Shown one piece after another: positions 43,520-52,894 of a stretch of DNA of 64,000 bases. Source of the stretch: Methanobacteriota archaeon (GTDB lineage: Archaea; Thermoplasmatota; Poseidoniia; Poseidoniales; Thalassarchaeaceae). The stretch lies in NCBI GenBank assembly GCA_016845345.1, contig JAERSV010000029.1, forward strand, positions 24,917 to 88,916, in the 5' to 3' direction. The position numbers were made by a program, and so were the translations under genes. The notes beneath the pieces were generated by a model that worked only from the letters and a program-made list of their open reading frames with translations, had not been told where the DNA came from and searched no databases. How positions within the stretch are numbered: position 1 is the stretch's first letter; the number at the start of each line of letters is the position of its first letter.

Positions 43520-44764
43520 TTACCCCTTCGCTTGTCGGTTCAGAGGTTTAGCCAAATGGCGGCGGTTAGAAGTAGGCGGTTCGACCCACTGGTTACTTGA
43601 ATTAAATTCTGTGTGTAGCCATAGTGATTGCTCAGTATCACCACATTGCTCACAACGTAATGGCTGCCCAAATCCTTGTCGGCATAATTTCCCACCACAT
43701 TGGCAATTTGGTCGTATTAGGTGACGAGGGACTCCATCTGAACACACTAGAGATTCCAAATGAAATTCACCATTAGGGGAACGAAGAGCCATCCATTTTA
43801 CTAAATCCCCCACTACAAGAGATTTGAGTAAGCGATTCACTTCCCCTCCTTGTTTGAAGGCGACTAAAGTGTATTTTTTCTCTCCATCAAACACGCCAAG
43901 GGATGCATGCCCCCCTTTTACTTCCCTAACTTTTGAAATAATCACCCCAGAGTCGGTTTTCTGAATGTGATCATCCGTTGCTTGGTTACTTCGATGAACT
44001 CTCATGGCAAATGCCTGTTCCACATCTTCTTTAGATTGTAACCAATTATGTGCTTTCTCAGCAACTGAGTTTTCCTCTGACCTAATCCCATATAGAACGG
44101 GGCACGGAGTCCTGGGCGCAATTAGTGAATCACCAGCGTTTGGGTCGCGATTTAGAATAGTTTTCGGGAATTTTTCAGACATTTCCCCTACCAAATTACT
44201 GGGAACTTGGCGCTTTTTGCCAATGTTGTCAGTCATCCTCCAAGCAGTTGCTTCCCAAGTCCAATCATTTTCACCTCTCCAAGCAATTGCGCTTGAAGCA
44301 CCAACTAATCCTCTTGTCAAATTTGTTGAATCTGAATCATCTTCTATTGACCAATACTTAGCAGCAGGGAAAGAGGATACTTCATTCAGTCTCTTCGTCG
44401 GTTCGACATAACCTCTGACTGCATTCCAATACCAATCTTCTGGAAATCTAGTTTCTGTACAAACCAAGACTGGGCTAGCAGTATCTGAACTAACTCCATT
44501 TTTAGGTAATTTAAAGGAATTATATTGCTCATTGAACCAATTGTCTAAAACCTCGGAAATCACACTTGATGACGCATCAATTTCAGCCGAAAGCGCTGCA
44601 TTACCTCGTGTTCTCTCGGGTGCGAACGGCCACAGCCTGACTAAATTAGGATGGCCGACTATTGTGAAACCACATTCTTCTAATTGAGTTAATAACAGGT
44701 GGAAATCCCATGTGGTGCACCCACCATCAACCGAGTCGGTATCATCAAGACCAATCCAAGCCAT
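43520..44764 (-). CDS. tiaS: tRNA(Ile2) 2-agmatinylcytidine synthetase TiaS
   Basis: MAWIGLDDTDSVDGGCTTW...LVRLWPFAPERTRGNAA matches the TiaS N-terminal kinase domain. C-terminal zinc ribbon CQCGG...CEQCG. Confidence 0.8.
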   Translation of the reverse strand: MAWIGLDDTDSVDGGCTTWDFHLLLTQLEECGFTIVGHPNLVRLWPFAPERTRGNAALSAEIDASSSVISEVLDNWFNEQYNSFKLPKNGVSSDTASPVLVCTETRFPEDWYWNAVRGYVEPTKRLNEVSSFPAAKYWSIEDDSDSTNLTRGLVGASSAIAWRGENDWTWEATAWRMTDNIGKKRQVPSNLVGEMSEKFPKTILNRDPNAGDSLIAPRTPCPVLYGIRSEENSVAEKAHNWLQSKEDVEQAFAMRVHRSNQATDDHIQKTDSGVIISKVREVKGGHASLGVFDGEKKYTLVAFKQGGEVNRLLKSLVVGDLVKWMALRSPNGEFHLESLVCSDGVPRHLIRPNCQCGGKLCRQGFGQPLRCEQCGDTEQSLWLHTEFNSSNQWVEPPTSNRRHLAKPLNRQAKG

Positions 44765-44804
44765 TAGTGGTTGGCGCGTGGCGGTAGCACTTGAGGACGT
44801 CGTT

Positions 44805-45464
44805 TCAGAGCGTGTCGCCAGAGTCTCGGAAATTTAAGACCCGCTCTATTACATCATCAACACCAATATTTTGATCACAGCGAAATATCCTCACACCGTG
44901 ATTTAACCCAGCCTTCATATCAGCCATACGGTCACCTACCATGAAGGAGTTACCCTCATCTCTTGGAGAATATCCCTTCCCATAGTCGAATTCTGAGAGA
45001 TTTTGACCCATTTCGGTGGCGTCAATAATTTGCCTACCCACTTCTAACATCCCTGGATTGCCCTTTCGAGCCCAAGCATTACTCCACGGCACATAGGGGC
45101 TGTATAGAATGACATCAAGATGTGCATCTTCATTTTCCTCAAGCAAAATTCTTTGAAGTTCTGAATTCACTTCAGCAAGCCTGTCGTGACCCCACAAACC
45201 CCTACCAATTGGTGATTGATTTGTTACGATGCATACTCTAAAACCGGCATTTCTTATTCTTGCGACAGCAGAAGCAGCACCGGATAACACCTCTAATTCG
45301 TCAACTGAATTGATGTAATCCTCGCTACCGACATTTAGTACTCCGTCGCGGTCTAGGTAGGCAATTTCACCACCCCATGTTTGGTTGTTAGGTAAAGGAG
45401 GGAATTGGACTAAGTCAGTTAACCCCAACAAGTGACGTGATGGTAACATGAAAATTCGCCTCAC
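44805..45464 (-). CDS. gmhB: HAD-IIIA phosphatase (GmhB / D,D-heptose 1,7-bisphosphate phosphatase-like)
   Basis: AYLDRDGVLN (DxDG), IVTNQSPIGRG, VGDRMADMKAG. GTG at 45464 overlaps the gmhA stop (GTGA); alternative ATG at 45449. Confidence 0.7.
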   Translation of the reverse strand: MRRIFMLPSRHLLGLTDLVQFPPLPNNQTWGGEIAYLDRDGVLNVGSEDYINSVDELEVLSGAASAVARIRNAGFRVCIVTNQSPIGRGLWGHDRLAEVNSELQRILLEENEDAHLDVILYSPYVPWSNAWARKGNPGMLEVGRQIIDATEMGQNLSEFDYGKGYSPRDEGNSFMVGDRMADMKAGLNHGVRIFRCDQNIGVDDVIERVLNFRDSGDTL

Positions 45465-46045
45465 GAATGACTAGGAAGATTTCTTTCTAATTTTACGGCT
45501 TCTTTTACCATGTGATTAATAATCAGTTGTAAATCTTCAATTCTCTCCATTGATGTAGTTTCACAAATAATGGCTATATCCGCCATCAGCGCTAATTTTC
45601 CGCCGGCGCCATTTTTGTAATTTCCAGTGATTGCGGCTGTTCTACACCCAATCTCTTTGGCCTTGACCATACCATTCAAAACATTCTCTGAGTTTCCAGA
45701 ACCACTGTATCCGACTACTAAATCTCCGGCTTTCGCCCAAGTTCCAAGAGCGCCGGCAAAGATATTTCCATAACCGGTGTCATTTGCCCAAGCCGTTAAT
45801 GAAGCGGTATTATCTGTATGGCAAATGGTCTTGACACCCAATTCTTTACTCCAATCTCCAGCAGAATGGGAGGGGGTCGCTGCAGAACCACCATTCCCGA
45901 TGAAATGGATGGTGCCGCCATTGTCCATCACTGAAAGAATTTCGTTGGTAAATTGGTTCAATTCCTCTTGATTGAGGGCGTTAATCGCACCTATTAAATC
46001 GCCTTTATACGCCTCTAAAAATACTGAGAAGTCGTAGTTCTCCAT
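45461..46045 (-). CDS. gmhA: SIS-domain phosphoheptose isomerase (GmhA-like)
   Basis: IHFIGNGGSAATPSHSAGDW, GYSGSGNSENV, AITG. ATG at 46045. Confidence 0.8.
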   Translation of the reverse strand: MENYDFSVFLEAYKGDLIGAINALNQEELNQFTNEILSVMDNGGTIHFIGNGGSAATPSHSAGDWSKELGVKTICHTDNTASLTAWANDTGYGNIFAGALGTWAKAGDLVVGYSGSGNSENVLNGMVKAKEIGCRTAAITGNYKNGAGGKLALMADIAIICETTSMERIEDLQLIINHMVKEAVKLERNLPSHS

Positions 46046-46151
46046 GTCACCACTGAGCAATCGCTGACGGACAGCCTATTTACGACTTGTTGAACCGCGA
46101 CAATACAAATAGTTGACTTAAACTACGATTAAACACGGGAGGGAAGGAAAA

Positions 46152-47075
46152 ATGAGTATAGAAGAATTGAGGCTTGTATTTGCATTGTTAGGCCTTGCTA
46201 CCTTGGGATATTCGTTCCATAGCAAAATGGATAACAAGGCTTTAATTTCTTCAATTGGCTGGATATCTATTTGTACATATTTTTTCCTTGATACACCTCA
46301 TTATATTGAATTAGCTGACCCGGTATTAATTCTAATGTCTGCTGCAACTTTGCCGATCGGTATCGCTGCAGGGTTCTGGGAATTCAACACACAGAAACGT
46401 GGTAAGGAAAAGCCTGCTTTACATTGGTTAAAAGGTGCAGTTTTCTGGTCTGCCCTTCCATACTTAACCATTTCTTGGATACCTTATCTCTCAGTTGCAT
46501 TAGTTTGGTTCACGGCTGTTCAGGCCGTATTCTTCTTGAAAATATCAGGAATCGCAGATTTGCAGGTTGGTCCCGCTCAAGTAGAATACTTTGATGGTTC
46601 TACTACACCTTTTTCTGAATTTACTGGTAATCCATGGCTTTACCTTGAACCTCTTGGAGAGGGTGGATTCTTCGTACCAATAACATATGCAGATGGTTCA
46701 CCAACAGGCGTATCAATAATACTTGCTTGTAGTGCCCTCCAATCTATGATTGTCTTCGTTGGGGCTTTGATTGCTCTCAAGAACTCACCGTGGAAATTGA
46801 GAGCACGTGGCCTATTAATCACGCTACCACTCATTCATATTCTCAATGTGTTTCGAAACGCTGGAATAATTTATCTCGATATGACCTACCGTGACTGGCA
46901 ATGGTTAGGTATCGGGATGTTTGATTTTGCACATTCTTACGCCGCAAAAGTTGGTAGTCTATTTGCTATGTTTTTAATCGCTATTGTCTTATTTGAAATT
47001 CTTCCAGAACTCCACAATAATATTCTGAGATTGATGGATCCTTTATTGCCAAAAAAGCGGTCTAACGTTTCTTGA
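46152..47075 (+). CDS. archaeosortase/exosortase-family membrane protein
   Basis: 307 aa, about 7-8 TM. Candidate catalytic triad context ILACSALQS (Cys), LNVFRNAGII (Arg), FDFAHSYAAKVG (His), in the order seen in exosortase/archaeosortase families. Confidence 0.6.
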   Translation: MSIEELRLVFALLGLATLGYSFHSKMDNKALISSIGWISICTYFFLDTPHYIELADPVLILMSAATLPIGIAAGFWEFNTQKRGKEKPALHWLKGAVFWSALPYLTISWIPYLSVALVWFTAVQAVFFLKISGIADLQVGPAQVEYFDGSTTPFSEFTGNPWLYLEPLGEGGFFVPITYADGSPTGVSIILACSALQSMIVFVGALIALKNSPWKLRARGLLITLPLIHILNVFRNAGIIYLDMTYRDWQWLGIGMFDFAHSYAAKVGSLFAMFLIAIVLFEILPELHNNILRLMDPLLPKKRSNVS

Positions 47076-50000
47076 GTTTTTCTAGAACTTTACCGCGAAG
47101 CGGCATATTATGTTCCCAAGCAAATTCTTTCATTACTCTCAAAGCCTGTTTTTCCAATTTCGGGTCTGCAACGATGTCCTTGACATCGATGATATTCTCT
47201 CTTGTATTTGCCTTGAATGCAGCTATCGGCTCTTCATTATGGAATACTAAGTAAGCAGAACCAAATCCAAATCGTTCTCGCAATAATGAAGCAAAATATG
47301 GTGCTAGAGGATCAGAGGGGGGTAAAACGAAATCCCTCATCATGGGCACCCCTGTTGAACTCTCGAGCATCTCCTTCCTCCCCCAACATACCTGATTCAA
47401 ATCTTCTAATAAGAAACCCTTGATGAGTTCACCTTCATCAACAAGGTATTGGAGAACTGTCATAATTTCTTCTGGTTTGTATGGCTTCCCAGCCATTTTT
47501 TCGCACTGTTTCATCGTAATAACTGGAATATCTTTTACCAATTCAATAAGGTAATCTTGCTTAAATTGCCAGTGGTCTGTGATAATAGTTGGATGTACTG
47601 TACGGAAACCCCCCCTATAGTCTTGAACTAAGTGACCTGAGCGTATTAGTGGTTGAGCGAGTTTACGGAATTCTGAACGGCGTAAGGCATGCCTATCCAT
47701 GAATAATTGAGGGTCAGAATTATCAGTGAAGAATTCTAAAACATCCAATAATTCTTCATCAGGTGGTAAATTACGGATTGTTAGTAATTTTTGGAAATGG
47801 GCATATGGAGCATACACTCTATGTCCAGTCAGATTGGTACCCTGATGCAATTGGTTAGCACTTGCCATCGAAGATAAGTTGACTCGGTAGGCTTCACTTC
47901 GGCCACGCAGGGCAAAGTCATCTCTTATTTCCATCAAATCTTTTACCGCAATAGTTTCATTTTCACTTCTAGTGTCCTGATGCATATTATGGTTGTATAA
48001 CAAAACCCTAACCGATTCTTTGACAGGTCTCGGGTCCATGACCCCGCCCCGAATCATTCTTGTTCCATCTCCAATCGCTTCGAAACCAATTCTCGTGAAT
48101 GCATCTATAGTTTCTTTCCGAGCCTCGGAAATATTTTCACCATTGAAATTAGTTAGCACTGAAATTTCAACAAGTGTGTCGCGGTAATTTTCTAGTAAGC
48201 GCTCAAATTGTTCAACAAATTCATCCAAGTATGCATGTGGAATGTGAATATCCTTTATTTCAAGGTAATCATTTACCTTGTACATCAATATTCTTCCAAC
48301 AGGATCTACTCCTTTGAATACGGGATAATACCAACCTTGTTTTAGGACATATCTTACTTCTTGGATAAACCTTGAACAGAATGGATCTGATTGAGTTAAT
48401 ATTCGCATTTGCCTATCTTCACGTATTCGTTTTTTGACTTTGGCGACATCAGAGGGGATACAATAGAAATCGGTTAACCCAGGTTGAAGCGCTGAAACTT
48501 TAGTGATTCTACCTTGCTCCATTAGTAACTTCAAGGTATCTTCAAGTTCATCTCCTGCTCTACTGATATACCAACCCAAGGTATATCGTTTGACAGGTCC
48601 TATTCTGTTAATTAATTCAACCAATGCATCATCAAATGGTAATGGGTGGTACACCTCATGTACTCTGTGGAATAAAGAGAGACTCCTTTTTCTCTCCGGT
48701 AGTTCTTCATATTGTTTAACATAGAGTAATTGACGTTCCATATTGTTTAGAGCATACTTTGCTCGATTCATCAAGTGTTTTGACTCGTCATCACGAGGAA
48801 TATCAACTAAAATTTGTTGCCTAGTTACGTTCTCACCAGCCGGAACTTTGGTCATCAATTTCGCTTCCATGTCACCAATCCATGGTTCGGGCCTCAAACC
48901 CAGTAAGAGACCCATCTGGTCTTTCTTGGTATATCCAATGCGATTATGCAACAAACGACCCATCAGGACATCTGAATCATGCTTCATGTCTTTCCAATCA
49001 GCGAAACGGAAATCCTTCACTCTGTCCAACAATTCATGCATCTTTTGAATCATTACATGCGATGAGAGAGCCCCCAGTGGGTCATCATGTAATTTGAAGG
49101 ATTTTGTTAACAATAAATTTTGTAGGTTACGATAAGCAATTACTTCTTCCTCACCACCTGTAAGATAATGTTCATCGACACGTAGGATAAATTCCCCTTC
49201 TTCTGTTTGTCTATAGAAACCGATAGTGACAATATTGCGTACTTCTAATTCGTGAAGTATATTCTCAATCATTTCCTTAGGGAATGGTAATCGTTCCACA
49301 AGTACGTCTAATGTCTGTGGGCCTTCACTTCCCAATAAGTCAACTAATTTCACTCGAAGACATTCGTGAGGGTCGGATAAAGGAGTAGACTCCCACTCAA
49401 TTGCTTCTGTGTCTTTGTATTTTGTGCTAGTATCATAGGTCATACCCCCCAGATAAAATTGACGTAGGTCATCAAATTGTTCGGCATTATGAGATGACAA
49501 CACTCCTAATGTACCATGAATATCGCCCATTCTTTTTGAGAACCATTTATTGTCAATTATATCGTGTCCAGTATTAGAAACCCTAACGATTTCTTCTTTT
49601 TCAATAAGTTGACGAATCCAAGATCGGATTTCTTCTGTATCAATTCCATCTAATTTATCTCGGTATAGTGGATTTCCATGGTTCTTATCTAATCCACCTC
49701 CCATTTCCATTAGGTCTAGAAGTCCCTCTGCATCTTTAGGAATTGAAACTTTGTCATTGTAGTAAGTATTGACTTGTTCTTCATCTAATTGTGTTGCAAG
49801 GGCTCTTTGCCCAAGTAAACGCCTAAGAATTTCTGGGTCGATATCTTTGATCAGATATGCTCTCGTTCTCATAGAAAGTAAATCTTCAAACGCTGACATG
49901 TAGAGGTTCATTCCAATCGGGGAAGGAACCTTTACTCTAGTGTGTAAAATCCTAGAACTGCCTTGAACTACATCACTAACGAATTGGTTTAATCCTTTCA

Positions 50001-52356
50001 TATCAAGGTCAGCGTGGAATATTTCATTGAATACCTCTTTCATTAACAGTGAGCCTTCTGATGCCCTGTGATTCTTCAGTAAAGCATCGGCTTTTTGTTG
50101 GAATTGTTGTGGTGAAACCTCTTCAGCACCAATGCGTCGAGGTATAATCAAACTTCGTCCAGCGACTTCGCGAAATCGCTTTGCAAACAATTGAGTGTCC
50201 AGCAAATATCTTTCAATCACCTTACGATGGTCATTTGCTTCAAAAACTGCCGGGAAGGCAGCGGGGTCAATATCGTCAGACATTTTAATTAGAAATCCAT
50301 TTTCATCGAATGAAATCTCGTGTACTTGGATTTCATGTGCAGAAGCAACACCAGCAAAGAAATATCCAAGAGTCATATTGAATGCTCGGCCTCTACATGT
50401 CGTTACCATGTAAGTTGTAACTCCGCCAACAATCTGTTCCATCATTATTCGATTTGGACCAGGAACTTCGAATGACTCTGCCACATGTTGCTCCATGAAA
50501 CGAGCTACCGACTCTGATATTTGCCTAGAAAGACCAAAACCTTCCATCAAAAGGCGGCGTGGATCTCTCTGTCTCCTAAGTGCTAACATAGTAGCCTTTT
50601 GTAGTTTCAAAACCGCCAAAGAAAGTTCAGGACTTCTTGAAAGGGCTTCTCCAGACCAAGATGGCACAGTAGGACGGAAACCTGTAACGGGTGTCACATT
50701 CACCCTGGAACCTTGAATTGATTGAATTCTGTATGTTGTACCTCCAAGAAGAATCACATCACCAGGCCTAACACTGGAAACGAATGAAGACGATAACTGA
50801 CCAATCATTGAACCATCTGTGTTCAGAACTAAATAGTTATTATCGGGTGAAATTGTACCGAGATTTGTGTAATAAATCATCTGTGAATAACCTCGCTTAC
50901 CGATGGTATTTTCCTCCCAGTCAACCCACAATCTCTTTTCATCCTCTAACATGTCAATTACTTCGATATAATCGTCATAAGGAAGAGCGCGATATGGCCA
51001 GGCAGTGGTAACTAATTCAAAGACTTCGTCAATATCTTGCTCCCCGACAATCGTTAGTCCAACCATGAATTGTGCGAGCACATCCAATGCGTTTTCGGGG
51101 AATCTTAACAAATCCATTTCACCACTCATAATTGCTCCTTGTAGAGCAACTAACTCAACTAGGTCGTGTGGACCAGTAGGTAAGAAGCGGGCACGAGGAA
51201 TCCCTCCAACGTGGTGACTAGCCCTACCAATTCTTTGTAACGCGGTTGCAATGCTTCCCGGAGAACCAAGTTGGATTACACAATCCACAGTTCCAATATC
51301 AATACCCAATTCTAATGACGAAGAAGAAACACAACATCGTAATTCGCCCATTTTCAATCGTTGTTCAACGTCCTTGCGAATTTGTTTGTTCATAGAACCG
51401 TGATGCGCTTCTATGCCCTCTTCATCCCAGCCAGCAAGACGGCGAAGTTTCTGGACAATTTCTTCAGTCATTTTCCTTGTATTTACAAAGACGATAGTAG
51501 TCGTATGGGCTTCTACGAGGTCTAAAATTCGGTCAACATTAGCATCTAGGATTTGTTTGTGGTCAAAAGTTGGGTCTCCAAATCTTACATGAGGGAGAAT
51601 GATATCTAAATCTAGTTCTCTTGCACCACTAATTTTGGCAATCTTGACTTTATCTGTATCATCCCCAACTGGAACTAGAAACTTTGCAACTTCATCTAAT
51701 GGTTCCATGGTGGCAGATATCCCAATTCTTTGTACACGTGTTGTAATTACAGAATCTAAGAGTGCCATCGTCAATGATAACAAAGTTCCCCTTTTTGAGG
51801 GAACTAAACTGTGCAACTCATCTAAAATAATCCAACTCAAATCCGCCATCAATGGACGAAATTTGGAGGAAGCCAAAGCAAGACCTAGGCTTTCAGGAGT
51901 TGTAATTAGTATGTGAGGAGGATTTCGTAACATTTTTTGACGTTCTGATTGACTTGTATCACCAGTTCTTAATCCTACTTTGATGTCTTTTGCCCGACCT
52001 GGTAAAAATCTTGATTTAATTTCAGTTAAGGGTTCAATTAAGTTCTTCTGAATGTCATTAGCTAAGGCTTTAATCGGAGAAATATATACACAATATACTT
52101 TCTTTTCAAGTTCCCCATCTAGTGATTTTCGAATTAATTTATCAATAATCCCTAGAAAAGCTGTAAGTGTTTTCCCGCTTCCTGTTGGACTGCATAGTAA
52201 CAAATTGTCTCCCGCTGTAATTGAAGGAATTGCCATTTTCTGTGGGTCTGTGAAATCTGGAAATTTGTCTTTAAACCAATCCCTAACTGGTTGTGATAAC
52301 TGACTAAATATAACCTCAGATTCTTCGTACGAATCTAAGTATACTATCTCAGCCAT
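47062..52356 (-). CDS. lhr: Lhr-family ATP-dependent helicase, unusually large (1764 aa)
   Basis: LLCSPTGSGKTL (motif I), YISPIKALANDI, RTGDTSQSERQ, ILITTPESL, ILDELH (motif II), GISAT, and helicase C motifs (HHGSM, LELGIDIG, QRIGRASH). Long C-terminal region with repeated winged-helix-like units. Confidence 0.85.
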   Translation of the reverse strand: MAEIVYLDSYEESEVIFSQLSQPVRDWFKDKFPDFTDPQKMAIPSITAGDNLLLCSPTGSGKTLTAFLGIIDKLIRKSLDGELEKKVYCVYISPIKALANDIQKNLIEPLTEIKSRFLPGRAKDIKVGLRTGDTSQSERQKMLRNPPHILITTPESLGLALASSKFRPLMADLSWIILDELHSLVPSKRGTLLSLTMALLDSVITTRVQRIGISATMEPLDEVAKFLVPVGDDTDKVKIAKISGARELDLDIILPHVRFGDPTFDHKQILDANVDRILDLVEAHTTTIVFVNTRKMTEEIVQKLRRLAGWDEEGIEAHHGSMNKQIRKDVEQRLKMGELRCCVSSSSLELGIDIGTVDCVIQLGSPGSIATALQRIGRASHHVGGIPRARFLPTGPHDLVELVALQGAIMSGEMDLLRFPENALDVLAQFMVGLTIVGEQDIDEVFELVTTAWPYRALPYDDYIEVIDMLEDEKRLWVDWEENTIGKRGYSQMIYYTNLGTISPDNNYLVLNTDGSMIGQLSSSFVSSVRPGDVILLGGTTYRIQSIQGSRVNVTPVTGFRPTVPSWSGEALSRSPELSLAVLKLQKATMLALRRQRDPRRLLMEGFGLSRQISESVARFMEQHVAESFEVPGPNRIMMEQIVGGVTTYMVTTCRGRAFNMTLGYFFAGVASAHEIQVHEISFDENGFLIKMSDDIDPAAFPAVFEANDHRKVIERYLLDTQLFAKRFREVAGRSLIIPRRIGAEEVSPQQFQQKADALLKNHRASEGSLLMKEVFNEIFHADLDMKGLNQFVSDVVQGSSRILHTRVKVPSPIGMNLYMSAFEDLLSMRTRAYLIKDIDPEILRRLLGQRALATQLDEEQVNTYYNDKVSIPKDAEGLLDLMEMGGGLDKNHGNPLYRDKLDGIDTEEIRSWIRQLIEKEEIVRVSNTGHDIIDNKWFSKRMGDIHGTLGVLSSHNAEQFDDLRQFYLGGMTYDTSTKYKDTEAIEWESTPLSDPHECLRVKLVDLLGSEGPQTLDVLVERLPFPKEMIENILHELEVRNIVTIGFYRQTEEGEFILRVDEHYLTGGEEEVIAYRNLQNLLLTKSFKLHDDPLGALSSHVMIQKMHELLDRVKDFRFADWKDMKHDSDVLMGRLLHNRIGYTKKDQMGLLLGLRPEPWIGDMEAKLMTKVPAGENVTRQQILVDIPRDDESKHLMNRAKYALNNMERQLLYVKQYEELPERKRSLSLFHRVHEVYHPLPFDDALVELINRIGPVKRYTLGWYISRAGDELEDTLKLLMEQGRITKVSALQPGLTDFYCIPSDVAKVKKRIREDRQMRILTQSDPFCSRFIQEVRYVLKQGWYYPVFKGVDPVGRILMYKVNDYLEIKDIHIPHAYLDEFVEQFERLLENYRDTLVEISVLTNFNGENISEARKETIDAFTRIGFEAIGDGTRMIRGGVMDPRPVKESVRVLLYNHNMHQDTRSENETIAVKDLMEIRDDFALRGRSEAYRVNLSSMASANQLHQGTNLTGHRVYAPYAHFQKLLTIRNLPPDEELLDVLEFFTDNSDPQLFMDRHALRRSEFRKLAQPLIRSGHLVQDYRGGFRTVHPTIITDHWQFKQDYLIELVKDIPVITMKQCEKMAGKPYKPEEIMTVLQYLVDEGELIKGFLLEDLNQVCWGRKEMLESSTGVPMMRDFVLPPSDPLAPYFASLLRERFGFGSAYLVFHNEEPIAAFKANTRENIIDVKDIVADPKLEKQALRVMKEFAWEHNMPLRGKVLEKLKKR

Positions 52357-52460
52357 ATATTCCCCTTCCTATTCTTATGGTGAGAGCGCAACGAACCATT
52401 ATATCAACGATTCGGATTTACAAGAGAATATAGAGAAATTATACCCACAGATAACCAAGT

Positions 52461-52811
52461 TCAAGCCCATTTTGAACCATTCTTCCCCCAACGGTTGAAC
52501 AATTCTACCTTAGGGGAAGGGATTTCTTGAACGATTAAAGGAGAAGATTCCGCAATAATCGGTACGTGAACTTCACGCAGAGCATTTGTTGGACAAGAGC
52601 CTATGCAACTTAGACACCCTACGCAATTCTCATTGAGAACTATAACTGGTCTCTTTCGACGCTCGGGAGGGCATTCAGCAAGAGGCATTAGTGCTTCAAA
52701 GGGGCAGTGAGTAATGCATAAGTCACATCCGGTGCAATCTTCATCGGCAATTTCAACCATTGCCTGCCCCATGTAAGAACGTAAAGAGTTAGCATTTTTG
52801 AGACTATTCAT
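52461..52811 (-). CDS. 2x[4Fe-4S] ferredoxin-like protein
   Basis: CTGCDLCITHCP and CVGCLSCIGSCP cluster motifs. ATG at 52811; the track start at 52868 is TTG. Confidence 0.75.
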   Translation of the reverse strand: MNSLKNANSLRSYMGQAMVEIADEDCTGCDLCITHCPFEALMPLAECPPERRKRPVIVLNENCVGCLSCIGSCPTNALREVHVPIIAESSPLIVQEIPSPKVELFNRWGKNGSKWA

Positions 52812-52894
52812 AGCGAAGCATTGAGAACCCTTCTCTATCCGACCAACCCTTAGGTGAAGGCGTGACAAGTGACAGCGAGCGAGTCAACTCCTTG

